Shown here: piece after piece, positions 1 to 13,013 of the stretch
Layout of the letters: the number at the start of each line of letters is the position of its first letter
How positions within the stretch are numbered: the stretch's first letter is position 1
Assembly (NCBI GenBank): GCA_002633005.1
Contig: NMRA01000023.1
Coordinates: 335,656-399,655 of the forward strand
From: Phoronis australis
Lineage: Eukaryota; Animalia; Phoronida
Reading direction: 5' to 3'
Length of the DNA stretch: 64,000 nt
Made by a program: the position numbers and the translations under genes
Notes under the pieces: generated by a model
Databases searched by the model: none
What the model was told of the DNA's origin: nothing
What the model saw: the letters and a program-made list of their open reading frames with translations, nothing else

Positions 1-960
1 GGAGCCTTTTAATTCACAAACAAACTATTTCAGGTCACGAAGATGCGGTGTCAATTAATGCATGGGCCAACAGTAGTATAACGGTGGAATACACCCCTTG
101 TATTTATGAGTCATTCGTTGAAAAAGGTATAATAATTGTGAACAATTTTTAGACTGGAATGGTAATTTCTACACCTTTGAAAGTTTCCAGACAATTCATC
201 AGATTAATGTCAGCTTTCTCAAATATTATTCAATTGTCAGAACAATAAGAAATACCAGAAAACGTTTTCCAAAAACTTAATACTAAAAAAGATATATGGA
301 CCACTTGTACCTTTTTCCCTAAAAAAACATTATTTTGACGAAAAAGGGGTGTCGGGAATCTTAGCATATTCTGTACAAAAATGACCTAATAACATTGGCT
401 CAAAAGAAATTCGAAGTATTGGGAGAAGATGTGAAACTTGTATTACAAACTTCCTCATGAATGTACGAATGACACAAGCTTACTTTTCTTTCAATTCCGC
501 TTACTGCATAGAATTCTACCTACTAACTACTTTTTAAATAAGATTAGATACGTGGACTCAAATGCTTGTACTTTTTGTAAATGCTTTCCCGAAACTCTAG
601 AACATTTATTCTTTGAATGTGAATTTGTTATTTTTTTCTGGCACGGGGTACGTCTCTGGTTAACGACTGCAATGCAAGTAAATTTTGAAATAGACAAAAC
701 CACCATAATATTTGGTCTTCAAAATGAAAAGAATAGAATTTTGAATTGGTTTCTTTTAAAAACTAAAATTTTCATTTTTAAAATGAAATTTCCTAACGTC
801 AAACCTAATTTAGGATGTCAAAATTTTTTTGAATGATTGTTTTAATGTAGAAGTTAGTGCTTCGTTAAACACACGCAAACTTAATGATACAAAAAATGGG
901 AAGGTTGAAAATGTGTTTTTGAAACATGAGGGGACCCAGAGAGTTGACCAGATGCCAGAA
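1..960 (+). mobile_element. Degenerate 3' end of an L1/Tx1-type non-LTR retrotransposon (zf-RVT zinc knuckle region)
   Basis: ORF 438-836 contains FQFRLLHRILPTN...CTFCKCFPETLEHLFFEC (CX2C...HX4C), typical of the L1/Tx1 ORF2 C-terminus. Flanks are frameshifted and followed by (TGTGT)n-like sequence. Confidence 0.8.
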
Positions 961-1317
961 CAGAAATTTAAGTAGTATTTTTTAACTTCGAAGTAACAAT
1001 GAAATGCTTTCTCGTTATTTTTTGCATGGTGCTGTACGTTGTTGTGTTGTGTTGTGTTGTATTGTGTATATTTGTATATGTATCTGTCTTTTGTAACAAA
1101 TATATTAATTGTGAACAAAAATATATATGTAAACAGCTACCTCACCAGAGAATTCGACCACAAACGCAACCCAGTCGCAAAAAAACTTTTACTCTCGCGA
1201 CACCTAGCGACCTGATAACGTGGATCTGAGCATGCGCACGCCAACTTTTTGGTTAAAAATCGCCAGCTGATATAGCCCATGGTCGTTCTAGTGCGCTGTA
1301 CCTTCACAAGCTATCCG

Positions 1318-1325
1318 TGACGTCA
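1318..1325. promoter_or_regulatory. Perfect CRE palindrome TGACGTCA about 200 bp upstream of the EcKL ATG
   Basis: Exact motif match in a CpG-rich upstream region; function untested. Confidence 0.3.
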
Positions 1326-1520
1326 GCGTCTGAGGCTCGGGAACCGGGCTATAGTTAGATCGGTGGTCTGATCAAAGGTTGGCATTGTGTTCGTGAAAGG
1401 CTTTTTTCTGAATTTTCGCCTTCGGTCTCACTGCTACTTAGCCGGAATTTCGATTTCAGATAAGACAAATTTACAAAAAAGTCGAAGTTGAAATTGCTCT
1501 ACTTATTTTGTTAAGGAAAA

Positions 1521-4500
1521 ATGTCGCAAAACCCGGACAGTGAGCAGCAAGACGCAAGTGGCAGGCAGGTCGCCTCTGTACCGGAGGTCATTAACAAGGA
1601 GTTGCTGGAGAAAGCCTTGAAAAAGGCGGATGGTCAAGAAAACCTCGTCGTGACCGACTTTTCCGTTTCCAAAGCGGCAACATTTGGTGAGTAGTGGAAC
1701 AATGTCTTTGCTAAATTCGAGTGCCAATTAACTTTGAAGCAGTTACATATGAAGCAGTTCATGAATGTCAAAATGTCGGCTGCAGCTCGATCGACGCGGC
1801 AAACTGGAATGTTGCTATCTGATGACAATTTTACCTAGTAGTAGTTCTCGTATGCCACCTGTGAGTACAAAATCGACACTGAATATAGACTTCGTGAGAG
1901 AAGTTTATTTAAAGCGCATAGTTATCCCCCAGCTTCAATGATGCTTGAACGTGGTAATTAAATAAGGTCAGTATGTACAGTATATAGGCTACTAGGGCAC
2001 GACGCTAATTTATCGTAACATGGTGACCGACTTCACTCGATATCCCGCGTACTTGATCGACTCTTTGCCTTTCGTCTGTTTGCATCCTGTAATATTTTGA
2101 GTGTGCCTGGTTGTGTCTTGACGATGTCGTGGTTACCTGGGATATCTACCAGGTCGCCAAACAAAATCTGTTGCAAATCTAGCCATGGTATATCTGATGC
2201 ATGAAGCAACAAAACAGCTATCTTCCAAGCTTTACAGGTGCATTCCTGAAAGACTTTCCGCGAGAAAAACCATCTGCAATAAACGGTGTAACTTTTGTGT
2301 GGGAGCTTAAACGTGAACATGTGAAGTTTTCTAAATTTATAAAAAGTCTTAGTCACCCCTTATCCATGGGCGACGCACCATAGGGGGCAGGGGGACTACA
2401 GCCTCCCCCCACTTTTTTAAGCGCTACGCCGTCCATGGTCTAAGGGAGCTTCGCCAGAGGGGGGCTGGGGGACTATAGCCCCACTTTTTTCAGTGCTGCG
2501 CAGCCCATGTTATCATCAACAATATCTAACTACAATAAGTACCAGGTTAACTGCTGACAGACACATCAGACCCATAATCCAAAATCACGCCTGAATGGAT
2601 GGAACTGCTTTTTGACCAGCTGCATCAGTTTAATAAACAATTTGAGGGATACAAACCAAAAGGACAGTTTATAACCAAGCTTTCTGTGGTAACCTGAACA
2701 CCGCTGATTATATAGATGAACCAGTGAGACAACTGAAAACACGAAATACCAATTTTAACATATACTCAGAAACGCATTATTATTTATACAAATGTTACAC
2801 AAAGCATTGCACAACGTCAATGGGAAAACTTCAAAACCTACAGATCAAATTTAGGACTCGGAAAAGTCGAAGAAATGACAGTAAAATCGAATACCGCTTG
2901 TAGTTCTGACAACTACGCTTGCTTCTCTTTATTCATATTTTTTTATTCAAGAAATAGTGGCGACCAACTAATGAGACACAACTTGAAGCAAAGTTTCAGG
3001 AACTGGATACATTGTAAAGCTTTAACATTCATCAGAGGTAATTGTAAACAATGATAAAATAACATGGATGCAGAAGAACGGTAGCTGTATTTCACTTATT
3101 TAAATAGAATTATAGTGGTGTAGAACAGAACATGACAAATTGATATAGAATAGGAACGACGTACACACATTGTTGGATGCACATATATGTATGTTTTAGC
3201 ACAGTAAATGGATGTTAAGTAGACGCAATTTTCAACTGAAAATGTCATTAGTCTTTGGCCAAATGAATATTGGAATTATTTTTGAATTTTCACTTGCTTT
3301 CTTAAAGAAGCACATTCATTCACCGGATGTTGCTGCAGTTATAAGAATATTTCTAACCACACGCAGTTAACAACGCTAATTTTTCTTTTTAAGGTCTTAA
3401 TGCTTAAACATCATACAACAAATAGTCTAGCTCAACGAAATTCTGTTCGTCTTCGTGAGGTGAATGCACTAAGCTGTCAACTTCTGCTCAAACGTGATTA
3501 AAGTCTGACTTGGGCTAGAAAGCAAGTACAATATTATTTTATCCATACTCCTTGTAAAACAATACAGTAAATGTCGGGTAAACTTATGAATTGAGTAAAT
3601 GTCCTTGATGTTTTCTGTAGAAAAACAGAGCAACTCAAGCAAAACAACAGATGGCTAAATGAGCTACACAGTGACTGCAATCAGAATGTTTCATTCGAAA
3701 TCACATATTAGAGTGATAAGTAACAGCAGTGTCCACTGTAACTTATAATGTTACTAGAATATAAGTACATACACACCATACACACATCTCAGAGTGACTG
3801 CACAGCAAGATAATTGCACAAGAAATACAATTGTGTAATAAACGTCAAGTGTTTATGTCATGTAAACGGGAATAGATAGATTGTGTTAAGACCACGCTTT
3901 CATTCTGTGACACTTTATTGAATCTAAATCACTTGTGCCCTGATATACAGAAAGCAACTACCACTGTTTTTGCTACATATGTTAATGGTCATCCTGTCGT
4001 TTGCAAGCAATGCTTCTTCAGTTCGAATGGGCAATGTGTCAAAGTCGTAGACCAAGTAAGTAAACTTGGACCGGGGTGACTTTCTTGGTCTACGACATCA
4101 ACATGTTTACTACAGAAATGAGCAGTAAATTACATGCATACTCAGGCTGGATGGGCCATAGAAGTTACTCGACAGAAATAAAGCAAGTTGGCAGAGACAT
4201 ATTTGAAATATTTTGATGTGCTAACATAAAAGTAAATCCAAAATGAAGTTATTCAATAAAGAGACAACTTAGTAAACTAAGAAATAACATGACCAATTTG
4301 AAAACCATGTCATTCCTGGCACCAACACAGGGTCCAAGTGATTTTTGAGCAATGACAGGCAGACCAATAGACCAAAACAAACCCAAACAAATGAACAAAT
4401 ATGACAGAATCTGACCTATATATATATATATATATATATAGGTCAGATTCATATATATATATATATATATATATATGAATTTACGTGACAAATAACCGAG

Positions 4501-6767
4501 GAACTTATTTTTACGCTTGTATAATCTGATTAATTCGTTTACATTTCATATATATAGAGTGGAGCATTCTCCTTTTTCTTCAACAACAAGATTTTTAAAT
4601 GTCGCCTTTAAAATATTTATAAAATATTTAGTAGTTGGAATTTTGTCTTTTCCTTTCTGTTTAGTCCGTTCAGTTAATTTTACTAGTGAAATCATTTTCC
4701 CATAGCCAAATTGTTTTCATTTATAGAAAGCTCTTTAGAATCTTCAGAGTTCAGCTTTTTTAGAGAAGTGTTACTTTTCAGATTTTAGGTATGTTCCCTT
4801 CAACAGAATCTAAAATAAAAGAGTAGGAAACAACCAGATGACCACCTGGGATTGCCATTTTTAATGCCAGGGGATACTCTGATTCGCTCTTATAAGAATA
4901 AACAAAAGTTGACCAATACTTAGTGAGAGAGGATATAATTCTTTGGTAGTTTGCCTCCATTTCCTGTCATCATAGCGTGGACCTCATTTTGGGTTACTTT
5001 TTGCCATCATCTGATCCTCTTCTTTATGTGTGATAAGATCTCCTTGAGAAAGAATTAAGTTTCACGTACCGCTGGCGCTAGGCAAACTGTTGTTTACAGC
5101 AATTTACTTTTTGTTGTCTTCAATCCATTAACTACAGAAAACAAATCAAATACACTGGTTGATTTAGAACAGACGCTAACAAAACACAAATTAGTGATTG
5201 CACACTCAGTTAATGATAAGTAAACTTAATTGAAGACCATTTATTTATAGGTAAGTACCCTGAGTACATGCATAGCTATTTTCTCTTCTCTAAATAACTA
5301 AGTAACTTTATAACTTATTTATTATCTATTTAACTGTATATCTGCATGCATGTCAAAAATTGTATATATCAATTAACTTATTTATTTCATTTTTCATTCA
5401 TCTGTACATATCATTGTTCATCTTATTTATTTATTTTATTTATCTATTTATTGTAATCTCGAGGACCATTTGGTAGATACGTTTTACACATAACATGTTT
5501 TTATCCTCTATAAATAAAGTTATTTATTATTATTTATTATTACATGACGGAGCCTTAATGTGTTGCAGGGGTATTTTGGTGCTGTCTCGGGACTGAAGTT
5601 CCCTATCTATTTCTCCTGATTTTATCTCCACTGTCACATATGAATTAGTCTCAGTCCCTAGCTGAAGTGGTTGTAGGTCATAACCCACACTATCTCAACA
5701 AATAGAATAAAAAGAGACATGCAGGGTACAGACAACTGTACATGGGATTCTAGGAACTGAAGCAATAGGCAATTACGGCCCTATGACTCATCTGTGTATT
5801 TGACCTGTTCACTTCAGTGTTGTTAACCAAGCATATGAGGAACGTTTGGCTGAACATGTATAGCCAAAACATTGTCTGGGATCGAACACAATGATGATGG
5901 TCCCTAAATTGTCAAGTGGATTTAGAGGTTGCACTCTACCATGACAAAAGAATAGTTTATAAAATTGTGACATCAGAGTATTTCTAAGCTGTAAGGTCAC
6001 CATGGTTAGCTTCAGTCTCATTTTGGGGTGCATATAAAGTGTACAGTAAGCTTGTTCAGAGTGTTTCTTTTAATACTTGTACGAAAATGGAGAATTAGTT
6101 TACTTTGGATAAATTCATTGTAGTGACCATTTTTAGTTTACACATTCAAATGAAAAACTATAAAACATGAATAAACATGATTGCTTATTTTGGTTAACAA
6201 TGTCTAAGATTCTCATGACATTTGTTGCCAACTTTATTAAAGTCTGCCATTATGTTGTGTCTTGTTCTACTCACAGGTGTTCATTTAAATGGATGACATC
6301 AGTGACGTCTGCTACACCAACTTACACCGGGACATATAATTGCGCAACTGAAATAGTTCTCAATATATGACATAACTGTAAAGCTATTATATCCACCATT
6401 ACGAAAATACCATAAATATTGGATGTAGAAAAATCGATGTCATCTCATACACTTTTTTGTGTTGTTTTTGCATATTTTAACGAAAAGTCTTTAAGTATCA
6501 AGTTTTATAAAAAAATCCTTTATAGCATGTACAGAATACTAGGCTGGGTGTTAAGTTCCAATGTTTACTATTACTACTAGTATTGATAACAGAGGGTCGG
6601 TAAGTTGACACTTTCCAAGTTATAAACATAACAGCAGTCCGACATCTGTACAGCTGTAGCTAGGGAGCAGGCGAGAAAATAACAGGCTATGAGCACTACC
6701 AGTTATGCTAAGTTTTAATATCTGTCAAGATGTGGAACTAGTTCTCCATACATAGCACGAGAACGAT

Positions 6768-6810
<43 letters not shown>

Positions 6811-9800
6811 NNNNNNNNNNNNNNNNNNNNNNNNNNNNNNNNNNNNNNNNNNNNNNNNNNNNNNNNNNNNNNNNNNNNNNNNNNNNNNNNNNNNNNNNNN
6901 NNNNNNNNNTCTCTCTCTCATATCTATATTTTTTGATATTGAAACAATTGATGGTTCATCGCTGAATACCAACTTCCAAACTGCCGACAAATTTCACTCG
7001 TGCCAGCTACGAAAATGTCCAGGACACCATGTACATGTACATGTACATGTAGTTCTAGACCTACCAATAATTTGTCAGAACTTGTTACACATCCAATAAC
7101 ACTCTTGTCGTGTGATTCGCGAAAACGCTGAGCAATGGTTTCCGTTATGAGGTAATGTTGACGGGCTATCCGTGTTCCACCACTTTTCATTCATGCTGTT
7201 CGGACCTCTTATGTCGCTATCGACAAAATGGAGACAAGCCGCATGACGGCGTTTTTCCGTTCAGTGACTTTGCCAGACGTTTAGGGTTGTGAGCGTGTGA
7301 TAACATCTAGCTTCTTTGTTAACTGCCAAGCACAGTCTTTTGTATGGTATGACAACAGGCAGTCCAATTATCTACCAGACCACGTGTGAACACAGTCAAA
7401 CCCAAAGCGAATTGGTACATTCGGAAAGAATAGATTGTCGTAACTTCGATTGTATTTGGGCGATTTTGGCAATTCAAAAATTAAACATGATCACCATTTG
7501 ACGAGGATTTCAGAAATGCTATTGGTTTATGTTCAAATATGTTATAACGTAACCTTTATTTTTAGCAGCACAGCCCAGTCAGGCTACATTACGGCGTTTT
7601 CCCGTTGCTCCCAACTTGTTCGATTCTATAGCTCAACAACAAGTTGGGAAGTTTACCCCTGTAGCCAATATCTTACACGACAGATTAACTCCATTCTGTC
7701 ATTGATGGTTTGAGGGCCAGCTCTCTTTTGTTCGATAATTGCTCTAATCTCCAATAAGATCGTATCTACCCTGACTGGACTGTGCTGTTCAAAATATAAG
7801 TTAAGTTATAACATACTTGAACATAAACCAATAGCATTTCTGAAATCTTCGTCAAATGGTCATAATGTTTAGTTTTTGAATCGCCAAAATCGCCCAACTG
7901 CAACCGAAGTTACACTTTATTCTTTCCGAATACACCATTCTCTCTGAGTTCGACTGTGTTCACACGTGGTCTGTAATAAGGCTGGTAGATGATTGGCCTG
8001 CCTGTTGTCATAACAGACAAAAGAGTGTGCTTGACAGTTAACAAAGAAGCTATATGTTATCACACGTGCTCAGAACCCCCTACGTCTGGTAACGTCACTG
8101 AACGGGAAAACGCTGTCATGAGATATGACCTTACAGCAATTGTCGAACAAAAGAAAGCTGGCCTCCAATCATAAATGCCAGAATGGAGTTAACCAGTCGA
8201 GTAAGATATTGGCTTCAGGGGTGTTCTTCCCAACTTGTTGTTGGGCTATAGAATCGAACAAGTTGGGGGCAACGGGAAAATGCCATAATGGATGGTGTAA
8301 ACAAAACGAGCGAATAACAACATGCTAATTTAATACGAGACGAGCTAATCAGTGGAAAAGAATCATGAGAAATATAAAGCAATTACAGATTTGACCCCAT
8401 GCAGCATTGCTCAGTCTCCGTCGGTCCATATGGCCCGATATCACACTCGGGATTTGTCAATATTTGTTCAATATGGAAAGTTAGACTCGTTGCAGAGGAC
8501 GGTTTGCTTTAGCAGAAGCGCGAAACAAATATGAATACGTCCCTGTCGACAGCAGTTTCGCCTAATCATTTCTCATTTTGGTTGTTGAAAGTGGAATGCT
8601 CGCCCAAGAGCTATGATCTTGGTCTTGTAGATATTTGTACATCTCGCGATACAAACTGTCCCCATTCGTTTGTCCTTGATGTAAATGTTTTTTCAAAGAA
8701 GGTCCTACTGTCGCGATCGATACGTTATGTACCATGACTTTAGAATATTCGTACACCGTCTAAATGTCGATGCTGTTCTTATGATGTGTTGCTTGAATTC
8801 CAGGTGACGGATTCTTCTCGACCGTATGCAGTGTCCAGGTTCAGGCACAGATCGGGTGCGAGAACAAAACAGTCTCCGTGATAGCTAAGATCTTGCCAGA
8901 GAATCCAGTTTTCAAAGACCTGGCTTTAAACACCGGGATGTTTACAAAGGAAGTCGGCTTCTACGATGTCATACTTCCTGCTTTGGTTAAGTTCCAGGAG
9001 AACCGCCAAGTGTCACCCCGACTCCCATCAGTGCCCAGATTCTATTACGGCTTTGAAGACAATGATAACAATTTAGGGGTAGTAATCATGGAAGACTTGC
9101 GTAATCTAGGGTACAAATTGGTCAATAAAAGAGAAGGCTTGGATTACGACCATTGCCAGTTGGTTACAAAGGAACTGGCAAATTTACACGCGTTGTCATT
9201 TGCTTGGAAAACGGAAAATCCTAATTTTATGGAGGGAGATTTTGGATTGTTGTTGAAAGAAACTTTTTTTTCGGACGAGATAGTTGCTGCATTTAAGTTT
9301 GAAGAAGAGATCATGACGGTACTCAATAAAGCTTTAGGTTATTTCTATTCTGCAACGACTGATGAAAACGCAAAAACCAAAGCGAAGATTATCTTTGACA
9401 AGATCATGGAAACTGATGTTTATCATAACGTCATTAAAAAATATCTCACTTTACCAACGGAACCCTACGGTGTGATTTGTCATGGTGACGCATGGGGTAA
9501 CAACGTGATGTTTCGTTACGAAGGAAGCAGCTGTAAGCCAGTTCAAGTAAAATTATTGGATCTTCAGACCACACGGTACGCTCTACCGACCACCGACTTG
9601 TCGCTCTTCCTCTTTTTAGGTGCCTTGCCAAGTGTCAGAAAGCAACACCTTGATGATCTTCTGAAGCTCTATCACGAAACCTTCACGGAAATGCTAAGCC
9701 ACGTGAATGCACCCTACCCAGATTTCACATATGAAGTTTTTCACCAGATGTTCCTGGAAACGGCTCTGTATGGAGCTGTGCTGGCGTGTGATTATCTATA

Positions 9801-9972
9801 CTGGATACTCGCCGACAGTGATACCGTAAAGACTTTAGAGACGTGCAACACCAGCGACCAGATGGTGGATCACATGGAGGAAATGTCATCGAAGGCAAGC
9901 GTCGCCGAACAGACTTTAATGAAAGAGCGCGTGAGCTCTATAATTGAAGATTACGTAACACTTATAGCTTAA
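1521..9972 (+). CDS. Ecdysteroid kinase-like (EcKL / DUF227 / CHK kinase-like) protein, 2 exons, 444 aa
   Basis: Exon 1 1521-1686 (MSQNPD...KAATF, donor G|GTGAGT, phase 1). Exon 2 8804-9972 (acceptor TTCCAG|, GDGFFS...VIAK, in frame with ORF 8878-9972). Motifs: F.KEV.FY, VPRFY, MEDL...GY, LANLHA, HGDAWGNNVMF, LLDLQ, DLSLFLF. Confidence 0.9.
4418..4476. repeat. (TA)n microsatellite, interrupted
   Basis: Two TA runs separated by GGTCAGATTC. Confidence 0.9.
6770..6919. repeat. (TC)n microsatellite spanning an assembly gap (N run)
   Basis: TC runs on both sides of the Ns at 6811-6909. Confidence 0.9.
7242..8290. mobile_element. MITE containing a second, inverted copy of the same family (inner copy 7587-8120)
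   Basis: About 7242-7555 is the reverse complement of about 7800-8120, and about 7587-7745 of about 8135-8290. All four ends share CATKACGGCGTTTTYCCGTT or its reverse complement. Confidence 0.8.
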
Positions 9973-12900
9973 CCAGCCCTGTATTAGGCAAAGACATCGC
10001 CCTGAATGCCACAGAAATCAGCTAACCGACTAGCCAACCGAGGACGAGTTGCCTAGCGCTGTATGACCTTACAAGCGCGAACCTGTTTTAATTTCTAAAT
10101 TATTTGTTTACAACACAGAAGGCTTTCCTTAAAAAATGTGCGTTTAGTTGCACAAAACGTGAACCCCAGTGTCATTCAGGTGGACTGTGTACTACTATTT
10201 AAGAACACACTCTCGAATCAGGGGCGTGGGATGCCAGTTTTGATCAGCACCGGCGCTTTATCATACCATAGTAACAAAAAGGTTCGACAGGTTAAAATAA
10301 TACTAAGCCCTGTTTTGGAGATTTCACCAAAATCTGGTTCTTTATCTTGCTGGTGCATCGTTCGCAGTTACCTCGAGTGATAAAAGTACTTTCCGACAGA
10401 CACTGACCCTCTGTATCACAAATTGAATTTTGTGTTTTGGGGTGGGTAGCCTTTCCCCACAGTCGTCATGTAGCTCTCCTAAATCGTTAGTCCCAGTTAA
10501 CCGACTTGGTAAGGTTTTCAAACTTTCTCCAAACTTGGGAGGACTGGCAACATTAACAGAGTATTATTTCATTTTCAAGATTTCAATTGATAAGGCCTTT
10601 ATGGTATCTACTAATAAGCCAGATCCGGCTTTAGCATTCTTTTAAGCGTGGTCATCGTGGTTCATTTTTTGACTACGTCATTGGTGTTTTTGCAATACAT
10701 GGAATAAAAATTGCCGCAGAGTTATTTTATTATCAAAAGTCTTAAAAAATCACTAGTCATCCATCAAGTCCCCAGTACTGAGGGACTAGGCGGCTCCGCA
10801 ACGTCGTGAAAATTACTTTTCAGTACGTTCCAGCAGTTACGATTTCTATTTTTTGTATCTAGCTTTCACCAGTAAGAATGACAATGCTCATCGCCCATTA
10901 AAAACCAACGTTTTGCTTTTTTCACTTTTGTCTACGACGCGTATTTGCATGTATGCCAGCTTAACGGCGCGAAAATAGACAACTTAGTGGCACATAATAA
11001 ATCTGGAACCTTTCTAAACCACGTTGTGAAACAATTTTAACCCCTCTAATATTCCATAGGGCCGTCCCGGGTTACACGACGGTAGAACTTTCTTTTGTCC
11101 CGAAGTTAAGAATGCGCCCGACCTCGTTTGGGCAATCAGGCACATTTTCGGGTCTCTCAATTGATGTAGATAAGTAGGGAAGGCGAAGAATTTCCAATCC
11201 CCTATCCACGTTGATCAAACTTTCTCACGTCGGAGTTGCAGTCCACAGCACACAGCAGTAATACTTCCTTGGCATCGGAAGGACGAATAGGGTAATGCAA
11301 CCGAGAAGAAGTTGTAAAGAATCAGGCAACAACAAATAACACGCCAATGGCACGAAAACGATCGTGTCGCAGCTGTTATTGTGTTTTTGCATCATTTAGT
11401 TTAGTCATAGTATTTCATAATTTTCTGTTGTTAATCACCACTTTCTTAGAGCAGAACATGAGTAATACTTCCTATTCCTAGAACTGTTTGTTTGTCAGCA
11501 TAGTGCATCCTTTATTTGTTCATCCTATTTGACTGGTTAATTCGTATTTGTCTAGTCTCAAAAAATATCACTTTCACTTGTATTTCAAGTAGTAGTTTTT
11601 ACGAGCAGTGTGAGTTGATTAGTAGTTGATTCTTCGCATTGAAATTTGTTCTCCTCGTGTAACTGTTTGCAGTCTTCAATATACTAGTCAAGACTAGTTC
11701 TGTTCCTACGAACCACCTCGTACCGCATTTTCCGTGTACCCCACAGATAGATGTAGCAAATGCGCCTGACGGATGTTTACGGCAATGTGGGTAAATACAG
11801 CGAGATTCGATGATGGCACGTGTCAACGAAGAGACACCAGTTTCGACACAAACGGTTCCAAGACCTTCTTCACTAAACCCGGTTTTGGCATGTAAACAGA
11901 TATTGGGGCTATGTACGACGTTAACAACAAATCTGTATATAGCCGCGTATACAAAAACTATAGGCTTTAAGTCTGTAAACTAAAGGTGCATTTTCTTATG
12001 AACCCATTCATCCATTTCTAAAATATGGTGTTCCTAAGTTGGCCAAAATTTGGGCATTTCTATGGTGTCAATCTTGAAATGACTTTCCCAACAGGCTCTC
12101 TCAAACAAGGTACTGTTTAATTCTCGACAGCACTAAAAGCTACCAAACCGGCAAGCGTGACCTACACTACAGGTGAGTTACACAAATGCAGGGAAAGATC
12201 ATTGGCCTAGAACTAGTGGATATCAATTCAGTCGGAAGCAGTAGCCGCGTTCCCATGTATTTCGAAGTATTTCAGGAAAAATGAACGGGATAAATTCCAC
12301 AAACGGTCGTCTTGTGGTTTCCTTGAAAATGCATAAAACGAAGACGAAATATTTAGAGAATTGAAGCAGCGTATTTGAAATCTTACTAAAAATGTTCAAA
12401 TGTCATGTACCTTTCCTTTTTGTGATCCAATTAATAGTTGGTTGGTAAACGGATTAAAACTAAAATTTCAGGCATTATTTCTACTTTTAGAAAATATATA
12501 AGGTTCCCAAAAATGGCCCACTTTTTCAGCAACTGACCAACCGAATTCGTTCAAATTTCTCACATTGTATCTTCAGCGTATGTCAACAAGTCTACAAAGT
12601 ATCTCACAGAAAAATAAAAAAATACGGATGTATTGTGAAATTCAAAACAGCATGGTGAAAATATCACTGTGACTTTCATCTGTTCACTTTGTGCTGGCAC
12701 CTGTCAGTCAAAAAAATTGCCTGCCTAGGTTTCAAGTATAGGCCTACTCTTTTTTATTGTCAGATCTGTACATTGAAAGCAGGGTATAAAGAAAGCAACA
12801 CAAAGACCATTGTAAAATATGATTCAAACTATTTATTGTAAAGTTAAAACATAAAAATAAAAATATAACAACAATATAGGCTGAGCAATATGTTCAAACT

Positions 12901-13013
12901 AGATCATTAACACCATACAAAAATACCAGCAACAAGGCTATACTTCTGGGCTTGTGATAGTTATATGCCCAACAATGAGATCAAGGCTGACACCAGGTGG
13001 CGGAAGGAGTAGA

